From positions 35,201 to 99,200 of the forward strand of contig JAHIQD010000011.1 in assembly GCA_018902795.1 (NCBI GenBank): a DNA stretch of 64,000 bases, in the 5' to 3' direction. The notes below the pieces were generated by a model. It was not told the DNA's origin, ran no database searches, and was given only the letters and a program-made list of their open reading frames with translations. The translations under genes were made by a program, and so were the position numbers. This stretch comes from Bacteroidota bacterium (GTDB lineage: Bacteria > Bacteroidota > Bacteroidia > Flavobacteriales > Weeksellaceae). The stretch's first letter is position 1. The number at the start of each line of letters is the position of its first letter. Shown one piece after another: positions 49,055-57,788 of the stretch.

Positions 49055-50074
49055 ATGAAAAAATTCTTTATTCCGCTGTTCTCAGTGGTTTTACTCAGCA
49101 GTTGTGCTTCCGTTAATTATTCGTACGACGGAAAAGCCTTCAATCATTCTTTAGACACTATTACTCAGCAGAACCTCAAGAAAAACCTTTACGTGATCGC
49201 ATCCGACGAAATGGGCGGCCGCGACACTGGCAGTCAGGGGCAGAAAAAAGCGGGCGAATATATGATCAAACAGTATCAGGACATGGGAGTTTCCCATCCG
49301 GATGCAATGGATTCTTTCTATCAGAAAGTTCCCGCAGCTTACATGAATACCGGTAGAGGTGCAGGATTACCCGATTCTGAAAACATCCTCGCTTTTATCA
49401 AGGGAAGTGAAAAACCTGATGAAATTATTGTTATTTCGGCGCATTACGATCACGTCGGAACCAAAAACGGCGTGGTTTACAACGGTGCGGACGATGACGG
49501 CAGCGGGACGGTAGCGGTGATGGAAATTGCAAAAGCTTTTAATAAAGCCAAAAAAGCTGGCCACGGCCCTAAAAGGTCAATATTGTTTTTACATGTTACC
49601 GGTGAAGAGCACGGACTTTTGGGATCGAAATATTATGCAGACCATCCCATCTATCCGATGGCCAATACCGTGGCAAACCTGAATATTGATATGATCGGAA
49701 GATGCGATCCGGGCAACTGCGGAAAGGATTATGTATATGTAATCGGTTCGGAAATGCTCAGTACTGATTTGAAAAAGATTAATGTGGAAGCGAACACGAA
49801 GATTACCAAACTGGAACTTAATTATAAATATGACGATCCAAAAGATCCTCAGCGCTTGTATTACCGTTCTGATCATTATAATTTTGCTAAAAACGGTGTT
49901 CCTGTGGCGTTTTTCTTCGACGGAATTCATGAGGATTACCACAAACCCACTGATGATGCGGAGAAAATCGATTACGCAGCATTACAGAAGCGTACCCAAT
50001 TGGTTTTTGCTACCGCATGGGAACTGGCTAACAGAAAGGACAGGATTGTAGTGGACGGTAAGAATAACAGATAA
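49055..50074 (+). CDS. M28-family aminopeptidase lipoprotein
   Basis: Start placed at the internal ATG, which gives a lipoprotein signal (VVLLSSCAS). Motifs SAHYDHVG, GADDDGSG, TGEEHGLLGS. Confidence 0.85.
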   Translation: MKKFFIPLFSVVLLSSCASVNYSYDGKAFNHSLDTITQQNLKKNLYVIASDEMGGRDTGSQGQKKAGEYMIKQYQDMGVSHPDAMDSFYQKVPAAYMNTGRGAGLPDSENILAFIKGSEKPDEIIVISAHYDHVGTKNGVVYNGADDDGSGTVAVMEIAKAFNKAKKAGHGPKRSILFLHVTGEEHGLLGSKYYADHPIYPMANTVANLNIDMIGRCDPGNCGKDYVYVIGSEMLSTDLKKINVEANTKITKLELNYKYDDPKDPQRLYYRSDHYNFAKNGVPVAFFFDGIHEDYHKPTDDAEKIDYAALQKRTQLVFATAWELANRKDRIVVDGKNNR

Positions 50075-50098
50075 AAATCACAACAATTATAATAACGG

Positions 50099-50124
50099 AT
50101 CCGTTGCTTTCGCAGCGGATTTTT
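50099..50124 (+). terminator. Intrinsic terminator after the M28 peptidase
   Basis: ATCCGTTGC-tttc-GCAGCGGAT hairpin followed by TTTT. Confidence 0.6.
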
Positions 50125-50139
50125 GTAAATTTGGTCTAC

Positions 50140-50214
50140 GGCTCCATAGTTCAACGGATAGAATAGAAGTTTCCTAAACTTTAGATCCAAGTTCGATTCT
50201 TGGTGGAGTCACCA
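50140..50214 (+). tRNA. tRNA-Arg (anticodon CCT)
   Basis: Hand-folded cloverleaf. Acceptor GGCTCCA/TGGAGTC, anticodon stem GAAGT/ACTTT with loop TT-CCT-AA, T-arm CCAAG-TTCGATT-CTTGG. CCA is encoded. Confidence 0.9.
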
Positions 50215-50222
50215 AAAAAAGA

Positions 50223-50243
50223 ATCCGCTGTTTAGCAGCGGAT
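50223..50243 (-). terminator. Hairpin homologous to 50099-50120; on the minus strand it is followed by a T-run
   Basis: ATCCGCTG-tttag-CAGCGGAT, preceded on the plus strand by A7. Confidence 0.4.
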
Positions 50244-50290
50244 CCAGTAGATAAAATCATCTCATTTTTTTAATTAGACAACAAGGAAAA

Positions 50291-50315
50291 AAGAGAAGCC
50301 GACGGTGCTTCTCTT
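50291..50315. terminator. Hairpin with the same AAGAGAAGC/GCTTCTCTT stem as the terminators at 28964 and 30107
   Basis: AAGAGAAGC-cgacggt-GCTTCTCTT, with an A-run upstream and AAATTTTT downstream. Confidence 0.45.
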
Positions 50316-50517
50316 AAATTTTTATATCAATTTAATGGTATTTCGGTACATGGAGTAAAAGGATATTGTTTTCACTTCAATGTTATTTCAGAGTAAAAGT
50401 AACAAATAATTCAATACGTAATGTAAACTGAATGTTAAAATTCACACTTTACTCACATTTTTTTGTGGATAACTCCCTGAGAGTGAAAAAGAAAAGAATT
50501 AATTCATTTGAAACGGG

Positions 50518-53304
50518 TTAAAATTTCTCCTTCAAATACTTCGCTGTATGCGATTTCTTATTCTTGATTAAATCTTCAGGTGTCCCTTCAAAGACTACTT
50601 CACCACCATGTTTTCCAGCTTCCGGACCAATGTCTATGATATAATCTGCAGATTTAATGATATCCGGCTGATGTTCAATCACAATGACCGAATGTCCAAG
50701 ACCGATGAGGGCCTGAAGGGAAATGAGTAATTTATTGATGTCGTGAAAATGCAGACCGGTAGAAGGTTCATCGAAGATAAACAGTGTTTTTTCAGTGGTA
50801 ACGCCTTTCACAAGGAAAGAGGCGAGTTTTACCCTTTGTGCTTCACCGCCGGAAAGTGTTGAAGAGCTTTGCCCGAGCTGAAGATAACCTAAGCCAACTT
50901 CCTGCAGAGGTTTCAGTTTGGTTACAATTTTCTGTTCATGATTTTCAGTGAAAAATTCAAGTGCTTCGTCCACGGTCATGTGAAGAATGTCGGAAATATT
51001 TTTTTCGTCAAATTTTATCTCCAGAATTTCATTCTTGAAGCGCGTTCCGTGGCAGGTTTCACATTCTAGCTCAATATCCGCCATAAACTGCATGGATACG
51101 TTGATAACACCTTCTCCCTTGCATTCATCACATCTTCCTCCGTCAACATTGAAAGAGAAATGTTTGGGTTTCAGACCCTGCACTTTTGCCAGTTTCTGTT
51201 TTGAAAACAAATCACGGATGTCGTCATACGCTTTGAGATACGTCACGGGATTGGAACGAGAGGATTTTCCGATCGGATTCTGGTCGATCAGTTCAATATT
51301 TTTAATCAGTTTTTTAGGAAATTCAACTGAATCGTAATCGCCTTTTTTACCACCCATTCCAAGTTGCACCTGGATGTCATTCGTAAGGATTTCTTTCATC
51401 AGTGTAGATTTTCCGCTTCCTGAAACTCCGGAAATTACGACCAGGCTTTCCAAAGGAATATCGACATCAATGTTCTTTAAATTATTCTGGCGCGCACCTT
51501 TAATATGAATCCACTCTTTTGCTTTTCTTCGGGTTGGCGGAACTTTAATTTCCAGAGTTCCGGTAAGATACTGTGCGGTTAAGGATTCTGAATTTTTAAG
51601 TTCTTTAAAATCGCCCGCAAAAACCAACTCGCCGCCTAGATATCCGGCTTCAGGACCAATGTCGATGATGTAATCTGCGGCTTTCATCACATCTTCATCA
51701 TGTTCTACCACAATAACGGTGTTTCCAAGATCACGGAGGTTTTTCAGTACTTCAATCAGATTTTCGGTATCTCGGGAATGCAGGCCGATAGAAGGTTCAT
51801 CCAAAATGTAGATCGAACCTACCAAAGAGCTACCGAGCGATGTTGCGAGATTAATTCTCTGGCTTTCACCACCTGAAAGCGTGTTGGACGTTCGGTTGAG
51901 CGTCAGGTATCCTAAACCTACTTTTTCTAAAAACTCCAGACGGGTCGTAATTTCATAGACGAGTCTTTTCGCAATTTCCGCATCATGCTGATTGAGTTTT
52001 AAAGATTTAATCAGCGGTAAAAGCTCATCCAAAGGAAGTTCAATCATTTCCTGAATGTTGTGGCCGTCAATTTTTACATATTTCGTTTCTTCGCGCAGCC
52101 TCAAACCTTCGCAGGTCGGACAAAGTGTTTTGCCGCGGAATCTCGAAAGCATAACGCGGTATTGAATTTTGTATAAATTTTCTTCCACCATTTTGAAGAA
52201 ATTGTTCACAGAAGGAAAACTTCTGCTGGCGTCGCCTCTCCACAAAAAGTTTTTCTGCTCTTTAGTCAGCTGATGATAAGGTTTATGAATGGGAAATTCA
52301 TTCCCTGCTTTTTTGATAAATGCTTTTTTCCATTCGCTCATGCTTTCGCCTTTCCAGCTGGCAACAGCGTCCTCAAACACCGAAAGATTTTTATTCGGAA
52401 TCACCAGATCTTCATCAATCCCGATTACTTTTCCGTACCCTTCACATTCCGGACATGCGCCGTAAGGATTGTTGAAACTGAAAAAATGGACATTAGGCTC
52501 CATAAATTCCATCCCGTCGAGTTCGAATTTATTGGAGAATTCGGTGATTTTTCCGGTTTCGGTATTTTTCAGCGAGCAGTAACCGCGGCCTTCATAAAAT
52601 GCCATCTGGATGGAATCTGCAAGCCGCTGAAGAAAACTCTCATCATTTTCATAACGGAAACGGTCGATAACGAGCTGAATTTCCATTTCTTTTTCCGGAA
52701 CGAAACCGAAACTTTCCAGATCTTCAATTCCTGCGACATTTCCGTTGACTTCAAGACGTGTAAATCCCGACAGTTTAAGGGTTTTCAGCTGTTCAGCAAA
52801 TTTAGAAATATCAAAATGTAAGGGATTCCTCAGGAGAAAGGTTTGATTTTCATTTTTTTTAATGAAATCAATTACATCACTCACCGAATCTTTCTTCACT
52901 TCATTTCCCGAAACTGGTGAAAACGTGCGCCCGACTCTGGCAAAGAAAAGTTTTATATAATCGTAAACTTCCGTAGACGTTCCTACCGTAGAGCGCGGAT
53001 TGGAGGAAATTACTTTCTGCTGAATCGCAATGGACGGAGCCAAACCTTTGATGTCGTCAACTTTGGGTTTTTCCAATTTCCCGAGAAACTGCCGTGCATA
53101 GGAACTCAAACTTTCCACATATCTGCGCTGTCCTTCAGCATAAATGGTGTCGAAAGCAAGGGACGATTTTCCGCTTCCGGAAACTCCTGTAATCACAATT
53201 AATTTATTCTTCGGCAGAAGAACATCAATGTGTTTCAGGTTATTGAGGTGTGCATTTTTTACGAAAATCTGCTTTTTTATATCGATATCAGGAATTGTAG
53301 CCAT
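50518..53304 (-). CDS. uvrA: Excinuclease ABC subunit A
   Basis: 928 aa with two ABC ATPase modules (GVSGSGKSS/T, LSGGE[SA]QR) and Zn-finger Cys clusters. Confidence 0.95.
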   Translation of the reverse strand: MATIPDIDIKKQIFVKNAHLNNLKHIDVLLPKNKLIVITGVSGSGKSSLAFDTIYAEGQRRYVESLSSYARQFLGKLEKPKVDDIKGLAPSIAIQQKVISSNPRSTVGTSTEVYDYIKLFFARVGRTFSPVSGNEVKKDSVSDVIDFIKKNENQTFLLRNPLHFDISKFAEQLKTLKLSGFTRLEVNGNVAGIEDLESFGFVPEKEMEIQLVIDRFRYENDESFLQRLADSIQMAFYEGRGYCSLKNTETGKITEFSNKFELDGMEFMEPNVHFFSFNNPYGACPECEGYGKVIGIDEDLVIPNKNLSVFEDAVASWKGESMSEWKKAFIKKAGNEFPIHKPYHQLTKEQKNFLWRGDASRSFPSVNNFFKMVEENLYKIQYRVMLSRFRGKTLCPTCEGLRLREETKYVKIDGHNIQEMIELPLDELLPLIKSLKLNQHDAEIAKRLVYEITTRLEFLEKVGLGYLTLNRTSNTLSGGESQRINLATSLGSSLVGSIYILDEPSIGLHSRDTENLIEVLKNLRDLGNTVIVVEHDEDVMKAADYIIDIGPEAGYLGGELVFAGDFKELKNSESLTAQYLTGTLEIKVPPTRRKAKEWIHIKGARQNNLKNIDVDIPLESLVVISGVSGSGKSTLMKEILTNDIQVQLGMGGKKGDYDSVEFPKKLIKNIELIDQNPIGKSSRSNPVTYLKAYDDIRDLFSKQKLAKVQGLKPKHFSFNVDGGRCDECKGEGVINVSMQFMADIELECETCHGTRFKNEILEIKFDEKNISDILHMTVDEALEFFTENHEQKIVTKLKPLQEVGLGYLQLGQSSSTLSGGEAQRVKLASFLVKGVTTEKTLFIFDEPSTGLHFHDINKLLISLQALIGLGHSVIVIEHQPDIIKSADYIIDIGPEAGKHGGEVVFEGTPEDLIKNKKSHTAKYLKEKF

Positions 53305-53399
53305 GGGTAAAATTAAGACCTACAAAATTACGGTTTTTTTGAAGAAAAAATTTTATAATATTTTTCATTCAAATATTGTTATGTGCTCTTTATTTTGTC

Positions 53400-53407
53400 T
53401 AAATTTG
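53400..53407 (+). promoter_or_regulatory. Candidate -7 box (TAAATTTG) of an orphan short transcription unit
   Basis: Matches TAnnTTTG, with a TTG 21 nt upstream. Confidence 0.35.
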
Positions 53408-53412
53408 TTGTA

Positions 53413-53538
53413 CAAATAAGTAATGATATCATGAGAAAATTATTAAATGATCTGATTACGCATTTGATGAGAAAAAGATGAAGTTCTGAGTCTCAGAATT
53501 TTATAAGATGCAGTTCGCACGAGCTGCATCTTTTTTTT
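53413..53538 (+). ncRNA. Candidate ~125-nt small transcript carrying a 16-codon ORF (MRKLLNDLITHLMRKR, 53431-53481)
   Basis: Bounded by a promoter-like box and two successive hairpins with T-runs. No larger ORF lies upstream on this strand. Confidence 0.3.
53507..53538 (+). terminator. Strong intrinsic terminator with no upstream protein gene
   Basis: GATGCAG(T)TCG..CGAGCTGCATC hairpin followed by T8. Confidence 0.65.
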
Positions 53539-53696
53539 GTCAATATTTTTAAACTTAATAGAAAACCGCTTTTTATTTTGTTTAATTCTTAATTATATTT
53601 GCCGCTTAATTTAATGGAAACCCTTTTTATTGCTGGTGTTTTTTTAAATGGTTGCCATTATTAAATCAACAGAATAATAAGAATTAAGTTGTGAAA

Positions 53697-55505
53697 ATGA
53701 GAAAGATAATTTGTTATGCATTGTTTTTAGGAAACATAATACAGTTTACAGCACAGGAAAAGGCAGATGAAATTGCGGAAGTTACCGTTCATGGGAAATT
53801 TCTGAGTCTGCCGCTGAAAAAAGTAAACGAAAACATCACGGTAATTTCAAAAAAAGAAATCTCGAATTCACCGGCTAAAAGTATTGAAGAAGTTTTAGCA
53901 CAATTTACCGGTATGGATATCCGCAAAAGAGGCGGTAATGGCGTTCAGGCGGATATTTCGATGCGCGGAAGCAGTTTTGAGCAGGTGTTGATTCTCGTGA
54001 ACGGAATCCGGATGAACGATTCGCAAACCGGTCACAATTCCATGAGTATCCCGTTTGATTTAGCCTCTGTGGAGAAAATTGAAATCGTTAAAGGACCTGC
54101 TGCAAGGAGATTTGGACAGAATGCCTACGCAGGAGTTATCAATATTATCACTAAACCGGGATCTGAAGAAAATGCAATTGTTTCCGGAAGCGGCGGCGAT
54201 TATAAAACATATTCTCTTGGACTTGGTGCCAATTTCGGCAGCGAAAAATTCTCGAATTTTGTTCAGATAAATTCGTCGGGTTCAGAAGGTTACCGCTATA
54301 ATTCGGATTACAGAATCAGCAATGTTTTTTATCAGAATAACTATCAGTTGGACGATGGAAGCATTAAATTTCAGGCAGGCATTCAGGAGAAAAAGTTTGG
54401 AGCCAATGGTTTTTATGCTACTCCGGCTGCCACAGACCAATATGAGGAAACCCAGACTTCCATTGTGAGTTTGGGAATAGACAAAAAGTTGCAGAAATTC
54501 AATTTAAATTCTAATATCTATTGGCGAAGAGGCCAAGATATGTATGAATATATCCGCAACAGACCTGAAGTCTACAGAAACATGCACATCGGGAATAATA
54601 TCGGTGGAGAACTTAACGGAAGTTATCTGTCCAAGTTGGGTACCACTGGTTTGGGCCTCGAACTTCGGAAAGAGTTTTTAGCCAGTAACAACTTGGGCCA
54701 CCGGGAAAGGTTTGTTACTCAGGTTTTTCTGGAGCATCATTTTTCTTTTTTCGGGAATTCATTGAATATTTCCCCCGGAATTTCGTGGGCCAATTATGAT
54801 CAGGAAGGCGATTTTTTCTATCCGGGTCTTGATGTGGGTTATGAGTTTAATGAAAACCACAAAGTTTACGGAAATATCGCAAAAGTCAACAGAATTCCAA
54901 CGTTTACCGATTTGTATTATGTTAGCAAAACCGAGTCAGGAAACCCGGATTTGAAGCCCGAAAACGCAGTTTCTGCAGAAGTAGGTTACCGTTTTCAAAA
55001 GAACAGTTTTCTGGGAAAGATCAGCGGTTTTATGAGAAATTCTGAAAACTCCATAGATTGGGTAAAATCAAATGCGAATGAAATTTGGCGCGCTGAGAAC
55101 ATTGGAAATATTGAAACAAAAGGGATAGAAGTGGAATTTGGACAACATTTCAATTCTTTTGTGAAATCTTACTCGGTGCAGTATACTTTTTTAGACAGCA
55201 AAAACACTCAGCCTCAGCATTTAATTTCGAGGTACGTAATGGAAAATCTGAAACATCAGTTTGTCGCTAAGCTGCAGAATCAGTTTTTTAAAAAAATCTC
55301 TAATCAGTTAATTTACCGCTATAATGAAAGGGTATCAACAGGAAGTTACCAAATTATTGATGAGAAACTAAGTTATGATTTCAGCAACCTCAATCTTTAC
55401 GTTTTAATCAATAATATTACGAATTCCGCTTACACCGAAACCTTTGGTGTACCGATGCCGGGACGCTGGTTTCATGTGGGATTCAACTATAAAATTGGTC
55501 TTTAA
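53697..55505 (+). CDS. TonB-dependent receptor (small, ~600 aa, BtuB/CirA-size class)
   Basis: Signal peptide, plug-domain motifs (ITVISKKEI, DIRKRGG..GVQADISMRGS, IEIVKGPA) and a C-terminal aromatic residue. The ATG at 53697 is preferred over the track GTG at 53691. Confidence 0.85.
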   Translation: MRKIICYALFLGNIIQFTAQEKADEIAEVTVHGKFLSLPLKKVNENITVISKKEISNSPAKSIEEVLAQFTGMDIRKRGGNGVQADISMRGSSFEQVLILVNGIRMNDSQTGHNSMSIPFDLASVEKIEIVKGPAARRFGQNAYAGVINIITKPGSEENAIVSGSGGDYKTYSLGLGANFGSEKFSNFVQINSSGSEGYRYNSDYRISNVFYQNNYQLDDGSIKFQAGIQEKKFGANGFYATPAATDQYEETQTSIVSLGIDKKLQKFNLNSNIYWRRGQDMYEYIRNRPEVYRNMHIGNNIGGELNGSYLSKLGTTGLGLELRKEFLASNNLGHRERFVTQVFLEHHFSFFGNSLNISPGISWANYDQEGDFFYPGLDVGYEFNENHKVYGNIAKVNRIPTFTDLYYVSKTESGNPDLKPENAVSAEVGYRFQKNSFLGKISGFMRNSENSIDWVKSNANEIWRAENIGNIETKGIEVEFGQHFNSFVKSYSVQYTFLDSKNTQPQHLISRYVMENLKHQFVAKLQNQFFKKISNQLIYRYNERVSTGSYQIIDEKLSYDFSNLNLYVLINNITNSAYTETFGVPMPGRWFHVGFNYKIGL

Positions 55506-55585
55506 GATAAAAGATGAGAGAAACCAGGATGCAAAAAGCGGGAATTCACTGTCGTCATTTTCTTAAAAATCATTATTTTAGCAAG

Positions 55586-56302
55586 ATGAAAAGGCTATCT
55601 GCACTTCTGATATTTTTATTAACGGGTTATTATATCTCCGCTCAAACTGAACATGTTTCAAGTTTTAATGCGGTGACAGTCACCTATAAGATTCACCCGA
55701 AATATTTCATTTATGCGGAAGGACAGTTGCGTGGAATCGAAGACTATTCCTATCCCGATTATTACGAGATAAAAGGTGGAGTGGGATATAATTTAACCAA
55801 AAATCATAAACCTTTCATAGGAATCGGGCGTTACGGAACTTACAAAGATCGCCTGATGGATAAGGAAGAATTCCGTGTCTGGCTTCAGGATGTGATTGAT
55901 TTAAAGGCCGGAAAATTCAAACTTGAAAACCGTTTCCGGGCAGAAAAAAGCTGGTTTTATGAGCCTAAAAAAGACGCGCATTCTGACAGAATCCGACTGA
56001 GATACAGACTGAATATTTCGGTTCCGCTAAATTCAGAATCGGTAAAACCGGGAACATTATTTGCCAACGCCTATGATGAAGTTTTCTTTGTCACGACCGA
56101 AAAACCGTTATTTGCACGCAACCGAGTTTTCGGAGGTTTCGGTTATCAGATTGATGAAAATTTTGGGATTGCGACCGGCTATCTCTGGCAGAGAGAATTT
56201 GCACAGTCGGGGAACAGAAATCTGTATTTTCTGTATCTCGCCCTCAACATTACGATTGATGATTCCGAAGATAAACACTACCATTTTCCGGGTGCCGATT
56301 AA
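55586..56302 (+). CDS. DUF2490-family predicted outer-membrane beta-barrel protein
   Basis: Signal peptide from the internal ATG (MKRLSALLIFLL). Alternating beta-strand pattern with the RLRYRL motif. Confidence 0.65.
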   Translation: MKRLSALLIFLLTGYYISAQTEHVSSFNAVTVTYKIHPKYFIYAEGQLRGIEDYSYPDYYEIKGGVGYNLTKNHKPFIGIGRYGTYKDRLMDKEEFRVWLQDVIDLKAGKFKLENRFRAEKSWFYEPKKDAHSDRIRLRYRLNISVPLNSESVKPGTLFANAYDEVFFVTTEKPLFARNRVFGGFGYQIDENFGIATGYLWQREFAQSGNRNLYFLYLALNITIDDSEDKHYHFPGAD

Positions 56303-56470
56303 TGTTGATAACTTTTATGAAATTTAGTTTTTAATTTCAAAGTTTGTTTCCTTTTTTTGCTTCAAATTCATATATTTGTAAAAATAATAAGAAATAAATG
56401 AAATTGTAAAGATTTAATGCCTTATTTTAAATCTTTGCCATTACATTTTACCAATAAAATAACATAACAT

Positions 56471-57601
56471 ATGAAATTTATTGTTGCAAGCGGAGAATTA
56501 CAGAAAGCACTGAACACGGTGAGTGGGGTGATTTCCAGTTCTCAGTCAAGACCTATTCTTGAAAATTACCTGTTTGAACTTGAAGGAAACAATTTAAAAA
56601 TAACAGCTTCTGATGGCGAAACTACTTTAGTGACGGCTTTGGAAGTGAAATCTGACGATACCGGAAAATTTGCTGTTCCTGCGAAAATTTTTCAGGATTT
56701 TGTGAAAACTTATGGGGAACAGCCTTTAACATTATCAGTAAAAGATTCTGAAGACGGAAACGGAAGTTTACTCGAAATCTTAGACGAAAAAGACAATTTC
56801 GCGGTAGCTCTTGATAATGCAGAAGATTATCCTGAACTTCCTGAATTTGACGCTTCACAAAGCGTGAAAATTGCCGCAGGAGTTTTGTGTGAAGCTTTAA
56901 CCAATACGCTTTTTGCAACAAGCAACGATTCCTTGAGACCGGTAATGACCGGAGTTCTGTTCCAGTTTAAAGAAGATGAAACCAATTTCGTTTCTACAGA
57001 CTCCCATAGGTTGGTCGTTTACAAAAGAACAGATTTAATCAATGCTGAACCTATTGAGTTCATCATGCCGAAAAAACCTTTGGCTATTTTCAAAAATATA
57101 CTTGCCAATTCCAACGAAGAGGTAATTATTGAATTTAATGAAAATATGGCGAAATTCACCTTCGGAAACAACATCTGGATCTGTAGACTTATCGACGGAA
57201 AATACCCGAACTATACCGCGGTAATCCCGAAAGAAAACCCGAATGTTTTAACCATCAACAGAAATTTACTGTTAAGTTCGATCAGAAGGGCTTCGATTAT
57301 GTCAAATAAATCAACGAATCAGGTTCGTTTTAAGCTTTCAGGAAACATTCTTCACCTTCACGCTGAAGATACTGAATATGCAAACAAAGCAGATATGCAG
57401 ATTCCTTGCGATTACAACGGCGAAGATATCAACATCGGTTTCAGTTCCAAATTTCTTACAGAAATGCTTTCTGTGTTAGGTTCAGATGATATCACGATGA
57501 AAATGTCGCAACCCAACAGGCCAGGAATTATCGAACCGGTTGACGGTCTGGAAGCGGAAGAAAATATCCTGATGCTTTCGATGCCCGTAATCGGAATGTA
57601 A
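56471..57601 (+). CDS. dnaN: DNA polymerase III beta sliding clamp
   Basis: 376 aa. The N-terminus MKFIV..ELQKAL and C-terminus MPV..M are typical of DnaN. Confidence 0.95.
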   Translation: MKFIVASGELQKALNTVSGVISSSQSRPILENYLFELEGNNLKITASDGETTLVTALEVKSDDTGKFAVPAKIFQDFVKTYGEQPLTLSVKDSEDGNGSLLEILDEKDNFAVALDNAEDYPELPEFDASQSVKIAAGVLCEALTNTLFATSNDSLRPVMTGVLFQFKEDETNFVSTDSHRLVVYKRTDLINAEPIEFIMPKKPLAIFKNILANSNEEVIIEFNENMAKFTFGNNIWICRLIDGKYPNYTAVIPKENPNVLTINRNLLLSSIRRASIMSNKSTNQVRFKLSGNILHLHAEDTEYANKADMQIPCDYNGEDINIGFSSKFLTEMLSVLGSDDITMKMSQPNRPGIIEPVDGLEAEENILMLSMPVIGM

Positions 57602-57622
57602 AATAAACTATACCTTATAATC

Positions 57623-57661
57623 AATTGAGATTTGAAATTTTTCAGATCTCAATTTTTTTTT
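57623..57661 (+). terminator. Intrinsic terminator after dnaN
   Basis: AATTGAGAT..ATCTCAATT 9-bp stem followed by a T-run. Confidence 0.7.
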
Positions 57662-57788
57662 AAACTGCAAAATCACGATATTTGCAAACTTATCGGTATT
57701 TAAAATTCTTCTTTTTAATGCCATATTTTAAATTATCCAAAGAATGAAACCGAAAGGTTTCATTGCCCTTAAAAAATAGGAACAGCAA

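Noticed and set aside
53539-53696. A cobalamin or TPP riboswitch in front of the TonB-dependent receptor, and an M-box upstream of the mgtA-like gene (43422-43658, 44505-44571).
   Set aside because: I could not find the conserved cores in these leaders (B12 box; CTGAGA...ACCTGATCTGGATAATGCCAGCG-type TPP core; M-box helices). Only generic hairpins are present. A covariance-model scan would be needed to be certain.
56303-56470. Chromosomal replication origin next to dnaN.
   Set aside because: There is no dnaA gene, no cluster of TTATCCACA boxes and no obvious AT-rich 13-mer array. Only isolated DnaA-like 9-mers occur elsewhere (about 50464 and 57733), which is compatible with chance.
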